Position numbers and translations under genes: made by a program. A stretch of 64,000 bases of DNA from an uncultured bacterium (GTDB lineage: Bacteria; Patescibacteriota; Kazan-3B-28). Positions 49,404-59,470 of this stretch are shown in pieces. Positions within the stretch are counted from its first letter, which is position 1; every line of letters starts with the position of its first letter. Location: the NCBI GenBank assembly GCA_963695435.1, contig OY968788.1, positions 207,424 to 271,423 of the forward strand, read 5' to 3'. The notes under the pieces were generated by a model. The model was not told the origin of the DNA, ran no database searches, and saw only the letters and a list, made by a program, of their open reading frames with translations.

Positions 49404-49481
49404 AAAGTAGAAATGATAGAACGCAAAATGGGGAGTGGCGCTATTGAAGCGTATTGAGTAGTTGATACAAAATAGTTATTC

Positions 49482-52385
49482 TTGGTGGATATGAAAGAAG
49501 ACGGAAGTAATATTGGTAAAGTAAATTTGCGGTCGATTGACGTTGAAATGCGGCAGTCGTATTTGGATTACGCAATGAGCGTAATTGTTTCCCGCGCTTT
49601 GCCCGATGTTCGTGATGGGATGAAACCGGTTCACCGCCGTATTTTGTTTGCGATGGGGGAATCAGGGCTTCGGCACAATGTAAAATACCGCAAAAGCGCT
49701 GAAGTTGTTGGTGGTGTCATAGCGTTTTACCACCCGCATGGTGATGTGGCTGTTTATGACACTCTGGTGCGTCTAGCGCAGCCATGGAGTATGAGATACC
49801 CATTGGTAGATGGTCAGGGTAACTTTGGTTCGGTGGATGGAGACGGCGCGGCGGCAATGCGTTATACCGAATCTAGAATGACGGCCATTGCCGAAGAAGT
49901 GTTGGCTGATTTGGATAAAGATACAGTCGATTTTCACGATAACTATTCCAATACCAAAAAAGAGCCGGATGTGCTGCCCAGTAAGATTCCGCAACTGCTT
50001 TTGAACGGCACGATGGGTATCGCGGTTGGTATGGCGACGAATATTCCGCCACACAACTTGGGCGAGATGATGAATGCGATTACATATTTGATAGACGAAC
50101 CGGAGGCAGATGTTGATAAATTGATGGAATTTATTCCGGGTCCGGATTTTCCAACTGGCGGTCTTATTTTTAATCCGAAAGATATTAGAGAAGCTTATGC
50201 TACCGGTCATGGAAAAGTGGTAATGCGGGCGGTGGCGGAAATTATTGAAAATGGCAATGCGCATCAAATTATTATTTCCGAATTGCCGTATCAGGTGAAC
50301 AAGGCGGAATTGGTGACGAAGATTGCCGAGTTGGTGAAGCTGAAAAAATTAGTCGGCATTGCAGATCTTAGGGATGAATCAGATCGTGACGGAATTCGCG
50401 TGGCAGTAGATTTGCGCAAAGATGCGTATCCTAAGAAAATTTTGAATCAGTTGTTCAAGATGACGCCCCTGCAGTCCACTTTTCATGTGAACTTACTGGC
50501 GCTTGAAAATGGCATTCAGCCGAAAGTTTTCACGCTGAAAGAAGCGCTGATTGAATTTTTGAATCACAGGCGGGTAGTGGTTCGACGCCGTACCCAATTT
50601 GAATTAACCAAAGCAGAAGAGCGGGCGCATATTTTGGAAGGTTTGAAAATCGCGTTAGATAATCTTGATGCGGTAATTTCAACAATCAAAAAATCTGCCA
50701 CCAAAGAAGAGGCGCACGCCAACTTAATGAAGAAGTTTAAGCTGACTGAAGTTCAGGCGTCAGCAATTTTGGAAATGAGATTGTCCGCATTGGCGGGCTT
50801 GGAACGGAAGAAAGTGGAAGATGAATACATTGAAAAGAAGAAATTGATTGCGGAATTGAAGAGTATTTTGAAAGATCCGAAGAGAATTGACGACATCATC
50901 AGAAAAGAATGTGTTGAGATGAAAGAAAGATACGGCGACAAGCGCCGGACACAGATGAGCGGGAAAACAGTCGGCGACTTTACGGATATGGATTTGATTC
51001 CGAACGAAGAAGTGGTGGTGACAATGTCGGTGGGCAATTACATCAAACGCCAAGCAATTAGCGAATACCGTACGCAAAGAAGGGGTGGTAAGGGTGTAAT
51101 CGGTATGACCACCAAAGAGGAAGATCAAATTAGTACCATTCAGGTTGCAAAAAATCATGATGATATTCTGTTCTTCACCAATCGGGGACGAGTTTTCCGT
51201 CAAAAAGTATTTGAAATTCCACAAGCTTCTAGAATTGCGCGTGGTACAGCGGCGGTGAATGTAATTCAATTAGCGCCTGATGAAAAGGTGACTGCGCTCC
51301 TCGCAATGCCTGAAAAAGTATGGGCAGGTGATTTTGTAATGATTACAAAACAAGGTGTTATCAAAAAAACAATTACTTCCGCGTATGCAAATATTCGAAG
51401 CAATGGCCTGATTGCTATCAAATTAGACGAAGGCGACGAATTGAAATGGGTGCGCAAGAGTCAGTCTGGCGATGAAGTAATGATTGTCACGCAAGACGGT
51501 CAGTCAATTAAATTCAAAGAAAGTGATGCTCGTCCACTTGGCCGTTCTACTCGAGGGGTTAGAGCTATTAAACTTCGTAAAGGTGATGAAGTAATCGGCG
51601 CGGATGTAGCAAAGCAGGGGATTCCTTCCGCATTGTTTGTGGTGTCCGCTAATGGTTTGGGCAAACAAACATTGTTGTCGCAATACACTTTGCAACATCG
51701 GGGCGGTGTTGGAATTAAAACAATGCAGGTGACCGCGAAAACGGGCAAGGTAATTGGTGCCAAGTTGGTGGAAAGAACATTGAAAGCGGATGTTATTATG
51801 ACTTCTACTGATGGTCAGATTATTCGTTTGCCGTTAAAGAGTGTTCCGACATTGGGTCGGGCAACGCAGGGTGTACGGCTGATGCGAATGAAGAATGCGA
51901 CCGATAAAGTAGCATCATTTACAGTTTTGTTTATGGAAGAAGTGGATGGTAAATTGAGTAATCCGAATGAAGAATTATCAGAACAAGAATTGGCAAAGTT
52001 GCCGAAGATAGATATTAGTGAAGCGGAGATAGTAGAGGAAGTCTCGGAAGAAATTGAGGAGAAACCAGTTGCAAAGACCAAGCCAGTCGAGGTAAAACAG
52101 ACTAAGCCGATAAAAGCGGTCAAGCAAGTGGTGAAAGCGGTGAAGAAGTCTATCGTAAAACAGGTAGTTAAGAAATCTCCTCCCGTTTTCAAGAAAAAAG
52201 TTTTGTCTCCTGTGCGGGCAGGCAAAAAGAATGTCAAACGTTCTCCACTGGTTGCGAAATCCGCTCCTAAAAAAGCAGGGTTTACTGTTCGTAAGTTAAC
52301 TAAAAAAGCAACCGGTAAAGCAACTCCAAGATTGAAAATTAAAAAAGCGCAGCCAAAAGGATTTGTAAGAAGGAAATTGAGGTAA
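49482..52385 (+). CDS. gyrA: DNA gyrase subunit A with long charged C-terminal tail
   Basis: [21 protein letters not shown], GyrA box QRRGGKG. Confidence 0.97.
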   Translation: MVDMKEDGSNIGKVNLRSIDVEMRQSYLDYAMSVIVSRALPDVRDGMKPVHRRILFAMGESGLRHNVKYRKSAEVVGGVIAFYHPHGDVAVYDTLVRLAQPWSMRYPLVDGQGNFGSVDGDGAAAMRYTESRMTAIAEEVLADLDKDTVDFHDNYSNTKKEPDVLPSKIPQLLLNGTMGIAVGMATNIPPHNLGEMMNAITYLIDEPEADVDKLMEFIPGPDFPTGGLIFNPKDIREAYATGHGKVVMRAVAEIIENGNAHQIIISELPYQVNKAELVTKIAELVKLKKLVGIADLRDESDRDGIRVAVDLRKDAYPKKILNQLFKMTPLQSTFHVNLLALENGIQPKVFTLKEALIEFLNHRRVVVRRRTQFELTKAEERAHILEGLKIALDNLDAVISTIKKSATKEEAHANLMKKFKLTEVQASAILEMRLSALAGLERKKVEDEYIEKKKLIAELKSILKDPKRIDDIIRKECVEMKERYGDKRRTQMSGKTVGDFTDMDLIPNEEVVVTMSVGNYIKRQAISEYRTQRRGGKGVIGMTTKEEDQISTIQVAKNHDDILFFTNRGRVFRQKVFEIPQASRIARGTAAVNVIQLAPDEKVTALLAMPEKVWAGDFVMITKQGVIKKTITSAYANIRSNGLIAIKLDEGDELKWVRKSQSGDEVMIVTQDGQSIKFKESDARPLGRSTRGVRAIKLRKGDEVIGADVAKQGIPSALFVVSANGLGKQTLLSQYTLQHRGGVGIKTMQVTAKTGKVIGAKLVERTLKADVIMTSTDGQIIRLPLKSVPTLGRATQGVRLMRMKNATDKVASFTVLFMEEVDGKLSNPNEELSEQELAKLPKIDISEAEIVEEVSEEIEEKPVAKTKPVEVKQTKPIKAVKQVVKAVKKSIVKQVVKKSPPVFKKKVLSPVRAGKKNVKRSPLVAKSAPKKAGFTVRKLTKKATGKATPRLKIKKAQPKGFVRRKLR

Positions 52386-52389
52386 AAAT

Positions 52390-52803
52390 ATGAATATTTT
52401 ACATTTTTTCAATTGGACTTATTATTTCGACAGCAATCTGTCGATGATGTTTTTGGGTTGGGGATACTGGATAATTCTCGCTCTGTTGGTATTGATGATA
52501 CTCGCAGGGCAGATTGTTCCTAGGCGAACTAAAAAACTGCAGTTTCTTCAACGGCAGTTAGTTTTGCGTTCAGCCGCAGTTGCTAATGTTGTCGGTTGGT
52601 TAGGACTTTTATGGTTAGTTTTCCGCTACGAGGGGATTAAGTATTTCTCTTGGCGGTTGTGGGCGGCACTGCTGGTGCTTTATGTTTTGATCCAAATCGG
52701 ACTGATGATTAAGTATGCCAAATTCGATTTTCCTGCCAAGCGGGCGAGTAAAGTGTCTGGGCAGGAAAAAGACAAGTATCTAAAAAGATATTTGAAGAAA
52801 TGA
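52390..52803 (+). CDS. Membrane protein
   Basis: Three TMs, FRYE.I..FS.R, KYL tail. Confidence 0.7.
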   Translation: MNILHFFNWTYYFDSNLSMMFLGWGYWIILALLVLMILAGQIVPRRTKKLQFLQRQLVLRSAAVANVVGWLGLLWLVFRYEGIKYFSWRLWAALLVLYVLIQIGLMIKYAKFDFPAKRASKVSGQEKDKYLKRYLKK

Positions 52804-52826
52804 TTTTCAGTAAATAGAAAAGATCG

Positions 52827-52856
52827 AGGGGGCGCCAGTGCGGCGCCCCCTTTTTT
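52827..52856 (+). terminator. Intrinsic terminator
   Basis: agggggcgcc-agtgc-ggcgccccct plus T-run. Confidence 0.8.
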
Positions 52857-53258
52857 GGTAAACCCGTTTTTTTGTCTCGCTTAAGGCAAATGCCGAGCGA
52901 GACCTAATAATACACGAAAGAACGAACCTACTCGTCTCGCTTCTTGCAGTCAGCCAGGGTGGCTATGCTGCTAGCGAGACCTCACATCTTTTGCAGACAG
53001 TAGCGGATGGGTTCGGTAGTCCTTGAACCGTGCTACCGGCTGTCTTAGGCCTAGTGGCCTGGCCGCGCGTCGTGATCACATTGTGTTGTGACGAGAAGAA
53101 AATTGCGATAGTGCAAGCATAAGGTGCCATCATCTCCTTTCCCTTTTGATAGGGGTAAGATAATTGGAATGTATCAGAGCGGGGTAGGGCTGTCAATAAT
53201 TATTTGGCGGTGGGAGCGGATAATCTGGGCTTGTAGGAGAAGGAGCGGGGAGAGATGC

Positions 53259-53287
53259 TTGACGCGAGTTGACCGCTCCTTTATAGT
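53259..53287 (+). promoter_or_regulatory. rpsA promoter
   Basis: TTGACG-17 nt-TATAGT. Confidence 0.6.
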
Positions 53288-53326
53288 GGGCAGTATCCGC
53301 GTTGTTATATTGGCTAACCAACAGAT

Positions 53327-54649
53327 ATGGCTAAGACGAAAGTCTCCGATGGGGCAACTCCCAAAGGCGCAAAGACAGCCTTCGCAAAATACCTCGACGA
53401 TGCCGGGGACGGTTTGAAAATCTACCAAATGGGAGATTTGGTGGCAGGCGAGGTGACAGCGATGACCAAGAATCGCATTTGGGTGGACATTGATGATGGC
53501 CGTTTTGTTGGAATCATTAGCAATAAAGAATTAGCCGAGGAAGGAATCTCGGCGCCTGATTATAAAATAGGCGATAGGGTGACTGCTTCGGTTCTGATGC
53601 CTGAAAACGATGAAGGCTTTATGATTTTGAGTCTTCGCGATGCTTTGGAAAATCAAGGCTGGGATGCATTGCAGGAACGGATGGGTAAAGATGAAGTATT
53701 TGATGTAAAAGTGGTGGAAGCAAACCGCGGTGGTTTGATTGTGGAGGCGGACGGCTTGAGAGGGTTTTTGCCAGTATCGCAATTGGCTCCAGAACATTAC
53801 CCACGCGTAGGCAATGACAAAGATGAGATTTTGAGCAGATTGTCTAAGTTTGAAGGACAGAATTTGCAGGTGAAAGTGCTCGATTTGGATAAAAGTACCA
53901 GCAAACTTATTTTCTCCGAGAAGGTTGCGCGCAAAGGTGAGTTTGATGAACTAGTTTCCGATATCAAAGTGGATGACATTTTGGAAGGAACGGTTAGCGG
54001 AGTCGTTGATTTTGGAATTTTTGTTTCTCTGGGCAAATTAGAAGGGTTGGTTCACATTTCTGAAATTAGCTGGGGCAAGGTGGATCATCCGGGTAATTTC
54101 GCCAAAGTAGGAGATACGGTAAAAGTGCAAGTGATTGCGATTGATGCGGATAAAATTTCTCTTTCAATGAAACGGTTGGAATCCAACCCATGGCTTACTA
54201 CTATTCAGAATTTCCGAGTGGGACAAACGGTGGAGGGAAAAGTTACGCAGATTATGCCGTTTGGCGTATTTGTTGAGGTGGAAGGCGGAGTGGATGGCTT
54301 GATTCACATCTCCGAGCTATCCCATGAGCATGTGCTTGATCCAAGTACAATTGTGAAGTCGGGCGACAAACTAAAGCTGAAAATTATTGATCTGGGAGCG
54401 GAAAGTCACCGTTTGGGGTTGAGCTTGAAAGAACTGCAGAAACCAACTGTGGTGAAGAAGGAAGAACCAGCCAGCACGGATGATTTGAAGAGTTTGGGTT
54501 TGACACCGGCAGTAATTAGAAAACTGAATGCGGTCGGAATTGAAAATAAAGCCGGTTTGGCGGGCAAAACTAAGGAAGAATTGGTAGCACTGCCTGGCAT
54601 CGGCGCAACTACAGCAGCCAAAATTATTGCGATTATGGAAAAGCAATAA
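53327..54649 (+). CDS. rpsA: 30S ribosomal protein S1 (four S1 domains plus C-terminal HhH-like domain)
   Basis: GFLPVSQL, FGIFV...GLVHISEISW, GLIHISELS. Confidence 0.92.
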   Translation: MAKTKVSDGATPKGAKTAFAKYLDDAGDGLKIYQMGDLVAGEVTAMTKNRIWVDIDDGRFVGIISNKELAEEGISAPDYKIGDRVTASVLMPENDEGFMILSLRDALENQGWDALQERMGKDEVFDVKVVEANRGGLIVEADGLRGFLPVSQLAPEHYPRVGNDKDEILSRLSKFEGQNLQVKVLDLDKSTSKLIFSEKVARKGEFDELVSDIKVDDILEGTVSGVVDFGIFVSLGKLEGLVHISEISWGKVDHPGNFAKVGDTVKVQVIAIDADKISLSMKRLESNPWLTTIQNFRVGQTVEGKVTQIMPFGVFVEVEGGVDGLIHISELSHEHVLDPSTIVKSGDKLKLKIIDLGAESHRLGLSLKELQKPTVVKKEEPASTDDLKSLGLTPAVIRKLNAVGIENKAGLAGKTKEELVALPGIGATTAAKIIAIMEKQ

Positions 54650-54731
54650 TAATACTTCGAAAGAAGATTTCGAGGTAAAATAAAATTGCATGGCTGCTAG
54701 CAACATTTTTAGCAGTCATTTTTTATAACTT

Positions 54732-56486
54732 ATGGAAGAAAAGAAAAAAATAGTTTTACCAGCGATTATGACCGTCAATGAATTGGCGAGCTCTTTTAGT
54801 GTGCCAGTGACGGTGGTAATCAAACAGCTATTATCTAACGGTGTGTTGGCAACTATTAATGACAATATCGATTTTGAGACTGCGGCTATCGTAGCGGACG
54901 ATTTAGGTTACGAAGTGTCACAAAGTGAATCTCTCGCGGATACGGGAACAATTGCAGAAAAACAGGTTGAGGTTGGCGAGCCTAGAGCGCCCATTGTGAC
55001 GGTAATGGGGCATGTTGATCACGGAAAAACTTCCTTGCTGGACTATATTCGCAAGACCAAGATTACCGAAAAAGAATCGGGTGGAATTACCCAGCATATT
55101 GGAGCGTATCAGGCGGAATTCAAGGGCAGAAAGATTACTTTCTTAGATACGCCAGGGCACGAAGCATTTTCCGCGATTAGAGCGCAGGGAGCTAAAGTGA
55201 CGGATGTGGTTATTTTGGTGGTAGCGGCAGATGAAGGAATAAAACCACAAACTATTGAAGCGATTGAGCTGGCGAGAGCGGCAAATGTGCCGATTGTGAC
55301 AGCAATTACCAAAATTGACCGACCGGAAGCAAATATTATGCGAGTGGAACAGGAATTGGCTGCGCACAATATCGTAACGGAAAAATGGGGCGGAAAAGAT
55401 GTAATTATTGGTGTTTCCGCAAAATCCGGTGAAGGAGTGGATGAATTATTAGATTTAGTTTTACTAACTGCTGATTTACAGGAATTAAAAGCGCAAAAAC
55501 AAGTGTCTGCGTCAGGTTTTGTAATTGAAACAAAGCACGACCCCAAAGTTGGCTACACAGCAACATTATTAGTACACAACGGAACATTGAAGATTGGTGA
55601 TGCGTTTGTGGTTGGAATTCAGGCAGGCAAAGTGAAATCGATGGAAGATTATTTGGGCAAACGGGTGAAAGAAGCTGGTCCATCAATGCCGGTAAGGGTG
55701 ACGGGATTTGGTGCAGTGCCAAATGCAGGTGAGTTTTTTGAAGTAGTGGAAAGCGAAAAAGCAGCGCGGGAAATTTCACTTTCTAAATCAAAACAAGCTA
55801 CGGCGCGCAGAATTTCTGTCACATCATCCGATTTGTCCAAACTAACCGCGCAGATTCGCGCATCGCGTTCATCGCAAATTGCGGTGGTATTGAAGGCGGA
55901 TATGCAAGGCTCACTAGAGGCAATAAAAAACCAGTTGGCAAAAATCCGCACTGATAAAGGAGAAATCAAGATCATTGCCGAAGGTATCGGAAACATTAGC
56001 GAATCAGATGTTTTGGGCGCAGTAGGAGAAAAAGCGGTGGTAGTCGGTTTTAAGGTTGATGTATCACCATCTGCTGCCAGTATGGCGAAGAAAGATAAAA
56101 TTCAAATTTTGACTTACGACATTATTTATAATTTGACTGATGATCTGACAAAAATATTATTAGAATCGATTGAACCGGAAAAAATAGAAACCCAAGTGGG
56201 TAGAGCGACAGTGCTGAAAATTTTCCGTGATGATAGACATGAAAAAATTATCGGCATGAAAGTGGTGTCGGGGCGGATTACAGTTGGTAACATGGTGAAA
56301 TTTACTCGTGGAGAGGAAGAAATTGGTGAAGGTACGGTAAAACTGATTAAACATTTGACTGAAGATGTATCGGAAGCGACACCGGGAACAGATTTCGGTT
56401 TTCTAGTGGCAACTACGGCTAAAGTTCAGCCTGATGATGTGGCGGAATTTGTAAAAGTCGATTATAAAAAGGCAAAGTTGGTATAA
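54732..56486 (+). CDS. infB: Translation initiation factor IF-2
   Basis: MGHVDHGKTSLLD, GGITQHIGAY, DTPGHEAF, KAD.QGSLEA. Confidence 0.97.
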   Translation: MEEKKKIVLPAIMTVNELASSFSVPVTVVIKQLLSNGVLATINDNIDFETAAIVADDLGYEVSQSESLADTGTIAEKQVEVGEPRAPIVTVMGHVDHGKTSLLDYIRKTKITEKESGGITQHIGAYQAEFKGRKITFLDTPGHEAFSAIRAQGAKVTDVVILVVAADEGIKPQTIEAIELARAANVPIVTAITKIDRPEANIMRVEQELAAHNIVTEKWGGKDVIIGVSAKSGEGVDELLDLVLLTADLQELKAQKQVSASGFVIETKHDPKVGYTATLLVHNGTLKIGDAFVVGIQAGKVKSMEDYLGKRVKEAGPSMPVRVTGFGAVPNAGEFFEVVESEKAAREISLSKSKQATARRISVTSSDLSKLTAQIRASRSSQIAVVLKADMQGSLEAIKNQLAKIRTDKGEIKIIAEGIGNISESDVLGAVGEKAVVVGFKVDVSPSAASMAKKDKIQILTYDIIYNLTDDLTKILLESIEPEKIETQVGRATVLKIFRDDRHEKIIGMKVVSGRITVGNMVKFTRGEEEIGEGTVKLIKHLTEDVSEATPGTDFGFLVATTAKVQPDDVAEFVKVDYKKAKLV

Positions 56487-56491
56487 CACAA

Positions 56492-56612
56492 CTCGGAGGG
56501 ACAAGACCAGAAAAAGGTCTTTTCCCTTCCGACGCTCCGACAAGTCGGAGCTGCCTCCCTTTTCCAGGGAGTTCGCAATCCGAATTTAATTCGGATTGCT
56601 CACAGATTAGGA
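56492..56612 (+). repeat. ~120-bp three-hairpin repeat, copy 2 (between infB and rbfA)
   Basis: Near-identical to 38828-38949. Confidence 0.85.
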
Positions 56613-56616
56613 GTCT

Positions 56617-57036
56617 ATGGATAAGAATTTAAGGAAAGAGCGGTTGGGGTCTGTAGTTCACGCGGCGGTGGCGGAATTTTTTGTTGAACACAATCGCGAT
56701 TGGGGGATTGATGCGTTGCCTCTCGTGGAGCAGGTGTTTGTATCGGCAGATTTGCATCATATTGAAATTTGGGTGAGCTTATCTCCGTGGAAAAAAGATA
56801 AAGCTCAACATCAGTTTGAGGTGGTGCAGAAACATCTGGGCGCACTGAAGAAAGAGTTGGCGGGGAAGATAGAATTGCGCCGGTTCCCCGAACTCGTACT
56901 GAAATTGTCCGATCCAGAACAAACTTTCCGAATTTTGGATATATTTGGTACGCTTAGGAGCCGTGGAGAACTTGGCTCAACAAATCAGAACGAAACTACA
57001 GGCAGCGAAGAGGATTCTGCTAACGACTCACGCTAG
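56617..57036 (+). CDS. rbfA: Ribosome-binding factor A
   Basis: R.ER......AVAE, V.VS.DL, L...I.LRR.PEL; follows infB. Confidence 0.75.
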   Translation: MDKNLRKERLGSVVHAAVAEFFVEHNRDWGIDALPLVEQVFVSADLHHIEIWVSLSPWKKDKAQHQFEVVQKHLGALKKELAGKIELRRFPELVLKLSDPEQTFRILDIFGTLRSRGELGSTNQNETTGSEEDSANDSR

Positions 57037-57928
57037 CCCTGACGGTGACGCATTAGGCAGCATGTTAGGGCTGTATGCTGTTTTGGTTAGCCAATGGGGG
57101 AAGCAGGTAACGGTGGCAGCCGGCGGAGATTCTCCGGGAACTTTTTCGTATTCATTTTTGCCGTATTTTTTTAAAGTGCAGGATAGTTTCGAACCGCAGG
57201 ATTACGACACGGTAGTCATATTGGACTGTGATGGATGGGTGCGGACGGGTTGGTTTGAGGATAACGAATTGAATATTGCCTGGCCTGATGAGCTGATTGT
57301 TATTGATCATCATCAAGCAGGTGAGTCAGTCCCGGGGCTTATTTATGCGAATACCGAAACATCATCCACTTCCGAAATGGTGTATGGATTATTGCGGAGT
57401 TGGGATGCAGGCATCACTAAAGAAATCGCAACCTGTCTCCTTACTGGCATCAGCTTTGATACTGGTTCATTCCAGCACCCCAACACTTCTCGGGTCACAC
57501 TTGAAATTGCCGCTGATTTAGTTACGAAGGGAGGGGATTTGGCTTCAATTGCCCAGCATTTGTATGTTGGGAAAAGTGTGGAGAGATTGAAGTTGTGGGG
57601 GATTGTGCTTCAGAGAATGCGTTATGATGACGAATTGAAAGCGACTATTTCCGTAATTACCAATGAAGATTTGGCGGCAACCGGTACTACCAAAGAAGAT
57701 GCGGAAGGATTAGTGAATCTTATTAATACTGTGCCGGATTTGAAGTTTTCATTGCTGTTGTCAGAAACTCCCGAAGGCGGCGTGAAAGGCAGTTTCCGTA
57801 CACAAGATGACAATATGGATGTAAATCGGCTGGCGCGGTTGATGGGGGGCGGTGGGCACAAACAAGCGGCAGGTTTTTCCCTTTCCGCAAAATTAAAAAA
57901 CAGCGACGAGCGCTGGAGTGTGGATTAG
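56963..57928 (+). CDS. nrnA: DHH family bifunctional oligoribonuclease/PAP phosphatase
   Basis: H.SPDGDALGS, DHH, DTGSF, GGGGH..AAG. Confidence 0.9.
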   Translation: MENLAQQIRTKLQAAKRILLTTHASPDGDALGSMLGLYAVLVSQWGKQVTVAAGGDSPGTFSYSFLPYFFKVQDSFEPQDYDTVVILDCDGWVRTGWFEDNELNIAWPDELIVIDHHQAGESVPGLIYANTETSSTSEMVYGLLRSWDAGITKEIATCLLTGISFDTGSFQHPNTSRVTLEIAADLVTKGGDLASIAQHLYVGKSVERLKLWGIVLQRMRYDDELKATISVITNEDLAATGTTKEDAEGLVNLINTVPDLKFSLLLSETPEGGVKGSFRTQDDNMDVNRLARLMGGGGHKQAAGFSLSAKLKNSDERWSVD

Positions 57929-58003
57929 GTTTTTTATTGTTTTCTTTTTCTTTTTTGTCATTCCTGCGGAGGCAGGGATCCATTTTCTTTTTGTTTATTT
58001 TTT

Positions 58004-58200
58004 CAAGGGTCTGCGCGACCCTTGTACCGCGGTTACTTTCCGCTTGAGGAAAGTAACCAAAGTCGCTCCCCACTCACAAATTCATTTTCCAAAAAAGCAA
58101 AATATAACCTTTCTGGACTATACGCTATACTCGCTACGCTCAAACAACGCTATCCATACCGGTCAATTTTGCTATTGGAAATATGAATTTGCTCAATGGG
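58004..58200 (+). repeat. Structured dispersed repeat, copy D
   Basis: First ~36 nt identical to copy A (11770); core shared with copy E (14376). Confidence 0.8.
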
Positions 58201-58218
58201 TATCGGGGAGGGGAAAGC

Positions 58219-58247
58219 TTGACTGGGAGCGGGTTTTCTGGTATCCT
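58219..58247 (+). promoter_or_regulatory. Promoter of DGR2 target gene
   Basis: TTGACT-17 nt-TATCCT with TG extension; near-identical to 15816-15844. Confidence 0.6.
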
Positions 58248-58353
58248 GCGGGTGTAAGGTGGACCCTGTGATTTTTAGGGAAATACCCCACCAGTACCTT
58301 GAAGACTAGCCGACACAAGTTAGCCTATAAGGTATTAGTAAAAGGAGACTGGG

Positions 58354-58995
58354 ATGACTATCCTAGCCGCCATTGATGTTGTGATGAAGTTGCTCGGGGC
58401 TCTCATCACTGCTAAGCCCAACGAGAGTGAAGACTACGCTCGGGTCAATGAACTGCTAAAGCAGCTCAAGACTCTGGGCGAAGAAGCTCTTGGCAGACTG
58501 CTTCAGCGGATGAACTACATCCGTGAGTTGCTGTCCCGCAGTACACTTCCCACCCTAGACGACTTGAAGACATTTCTAAACCAAGTCATTCAGGTCATCG
58601 ACTGCGATGCCCAGCCATTCATTCCTGATGGCTGGAAGGTGCAAGAGCACCAAAAGGGTGGCAAGCTCGAATGGAATCCCGAGAAGATTCAGCTTTATCT
58701 TTCGGATGGGCAAAAGGACGGCAAGTATATTGAGGGCAATAAGCTTCGCAAGGAGCTGAAGGGCAAGAAGGTTCTAAATGCCTGCGTTCTCGATTGGCTT
58801 TTGGCTCATCCCGAGTTTATCCCAGAAGAATGGAAGAGTAAGTATATTTTTTTCTGGGGTACCATCTATCGCATCTCGGGCGGCGACCTGTATGTCCGTT
58901 GCCTCTGCTGGCTCGGTGACAGGTGGCACTGGCGCTACGCTTGGCTCGACGACGATTGGTACGACAGCCGCCCTGCTGCTGTTCTCGCAAGTTAG
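58354..58995 (+). CDS. DGR2 target protein (213 aa) with C-terminal variable region
   Basis: AAGGAG SD; Trp-rich C-terminus encoded by VR2. Confidence 0.9.
   Translation: MTILAAIDVVMKLLGALITAKPNESEDYARVNELLKQLKTLGEEALGRLLQRMNYIRELLSRSTLPTLDDLKTFLNQVIQVIDCDAQPFIPDGWKVQEHQKGGKLEWNPEKIQLYLSDGQKDGKYIEGNKLRKELKGKKVLNACVLDWLLAHPEFIPEEWKSKYIFFWGTIYRISGGDLYVRCLCWLGDRWHWRYAWLDDDWYDSRPAAVLAS
58867..58988 (+). repeat. DGR2 variable repeat (VR2)
   Basis: 122-bp ungapped match to 59341-59462; 19 mismatches, all at TR adenines. Confidence 0.96.
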
Positions 58996-59046
58996 TCTTT
59001 GGGACTTGGGATCTTGGGTCTTCGGATCCTTTACCCTTGGTCCTTT

Positions 59047-59077
59047 GGCCGCGCTCTCCGGAGTGCGGCCTCTTTTT
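59047..59077 (+). terminator. GC hairpin downstream of VR2 (terminator and/or homing hairpin)
   Basis: ggccgcgctc-tccg-gagtgcggcc then tcttttt. Confidence 0.7.
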
Positions 59078-59340
59078 ATGTTTCAAATTTGGTAAACTAT
59101 CCGTGGAACTAGGCGAATATGCCAGAGATTACGGTTTCTGGCTGCCGAACCCAGTATCCATACAATGAGAGTATTCCTGATTAAGATTTGGAATAGAGGG
59201 TTGTATGTAGAAACTTCAAAAAATGAAGATACTTGGTGTGAGATGTTCTGACATTATAGATGTCGAATAAAATACAATCCTAAGACTTCTGCTCCAAAAG
59301 CGGAATCAAGGGGTGGTGCTTACGGATAATATCTCGCACG

Positions 59341-59462
59341 AATCGCAACTCGGACGGCAACCTGTATGTCCGTTACCTCAACTGGAACGGTGACAGGTGG
59401 AACTGGAACTACAATTGGCTCGACAACGATTGGAACGACAACAACCCTGCTGCTGTTCTCGC
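59341..59462 (+). ncRNA. DGR2 template repeat (TR2)
   Basis: AAC-rich intergenic copy of VR2 with 33 adenines. Confidence 0.94.
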
Positions 59463-59470
59463 TACTATCC

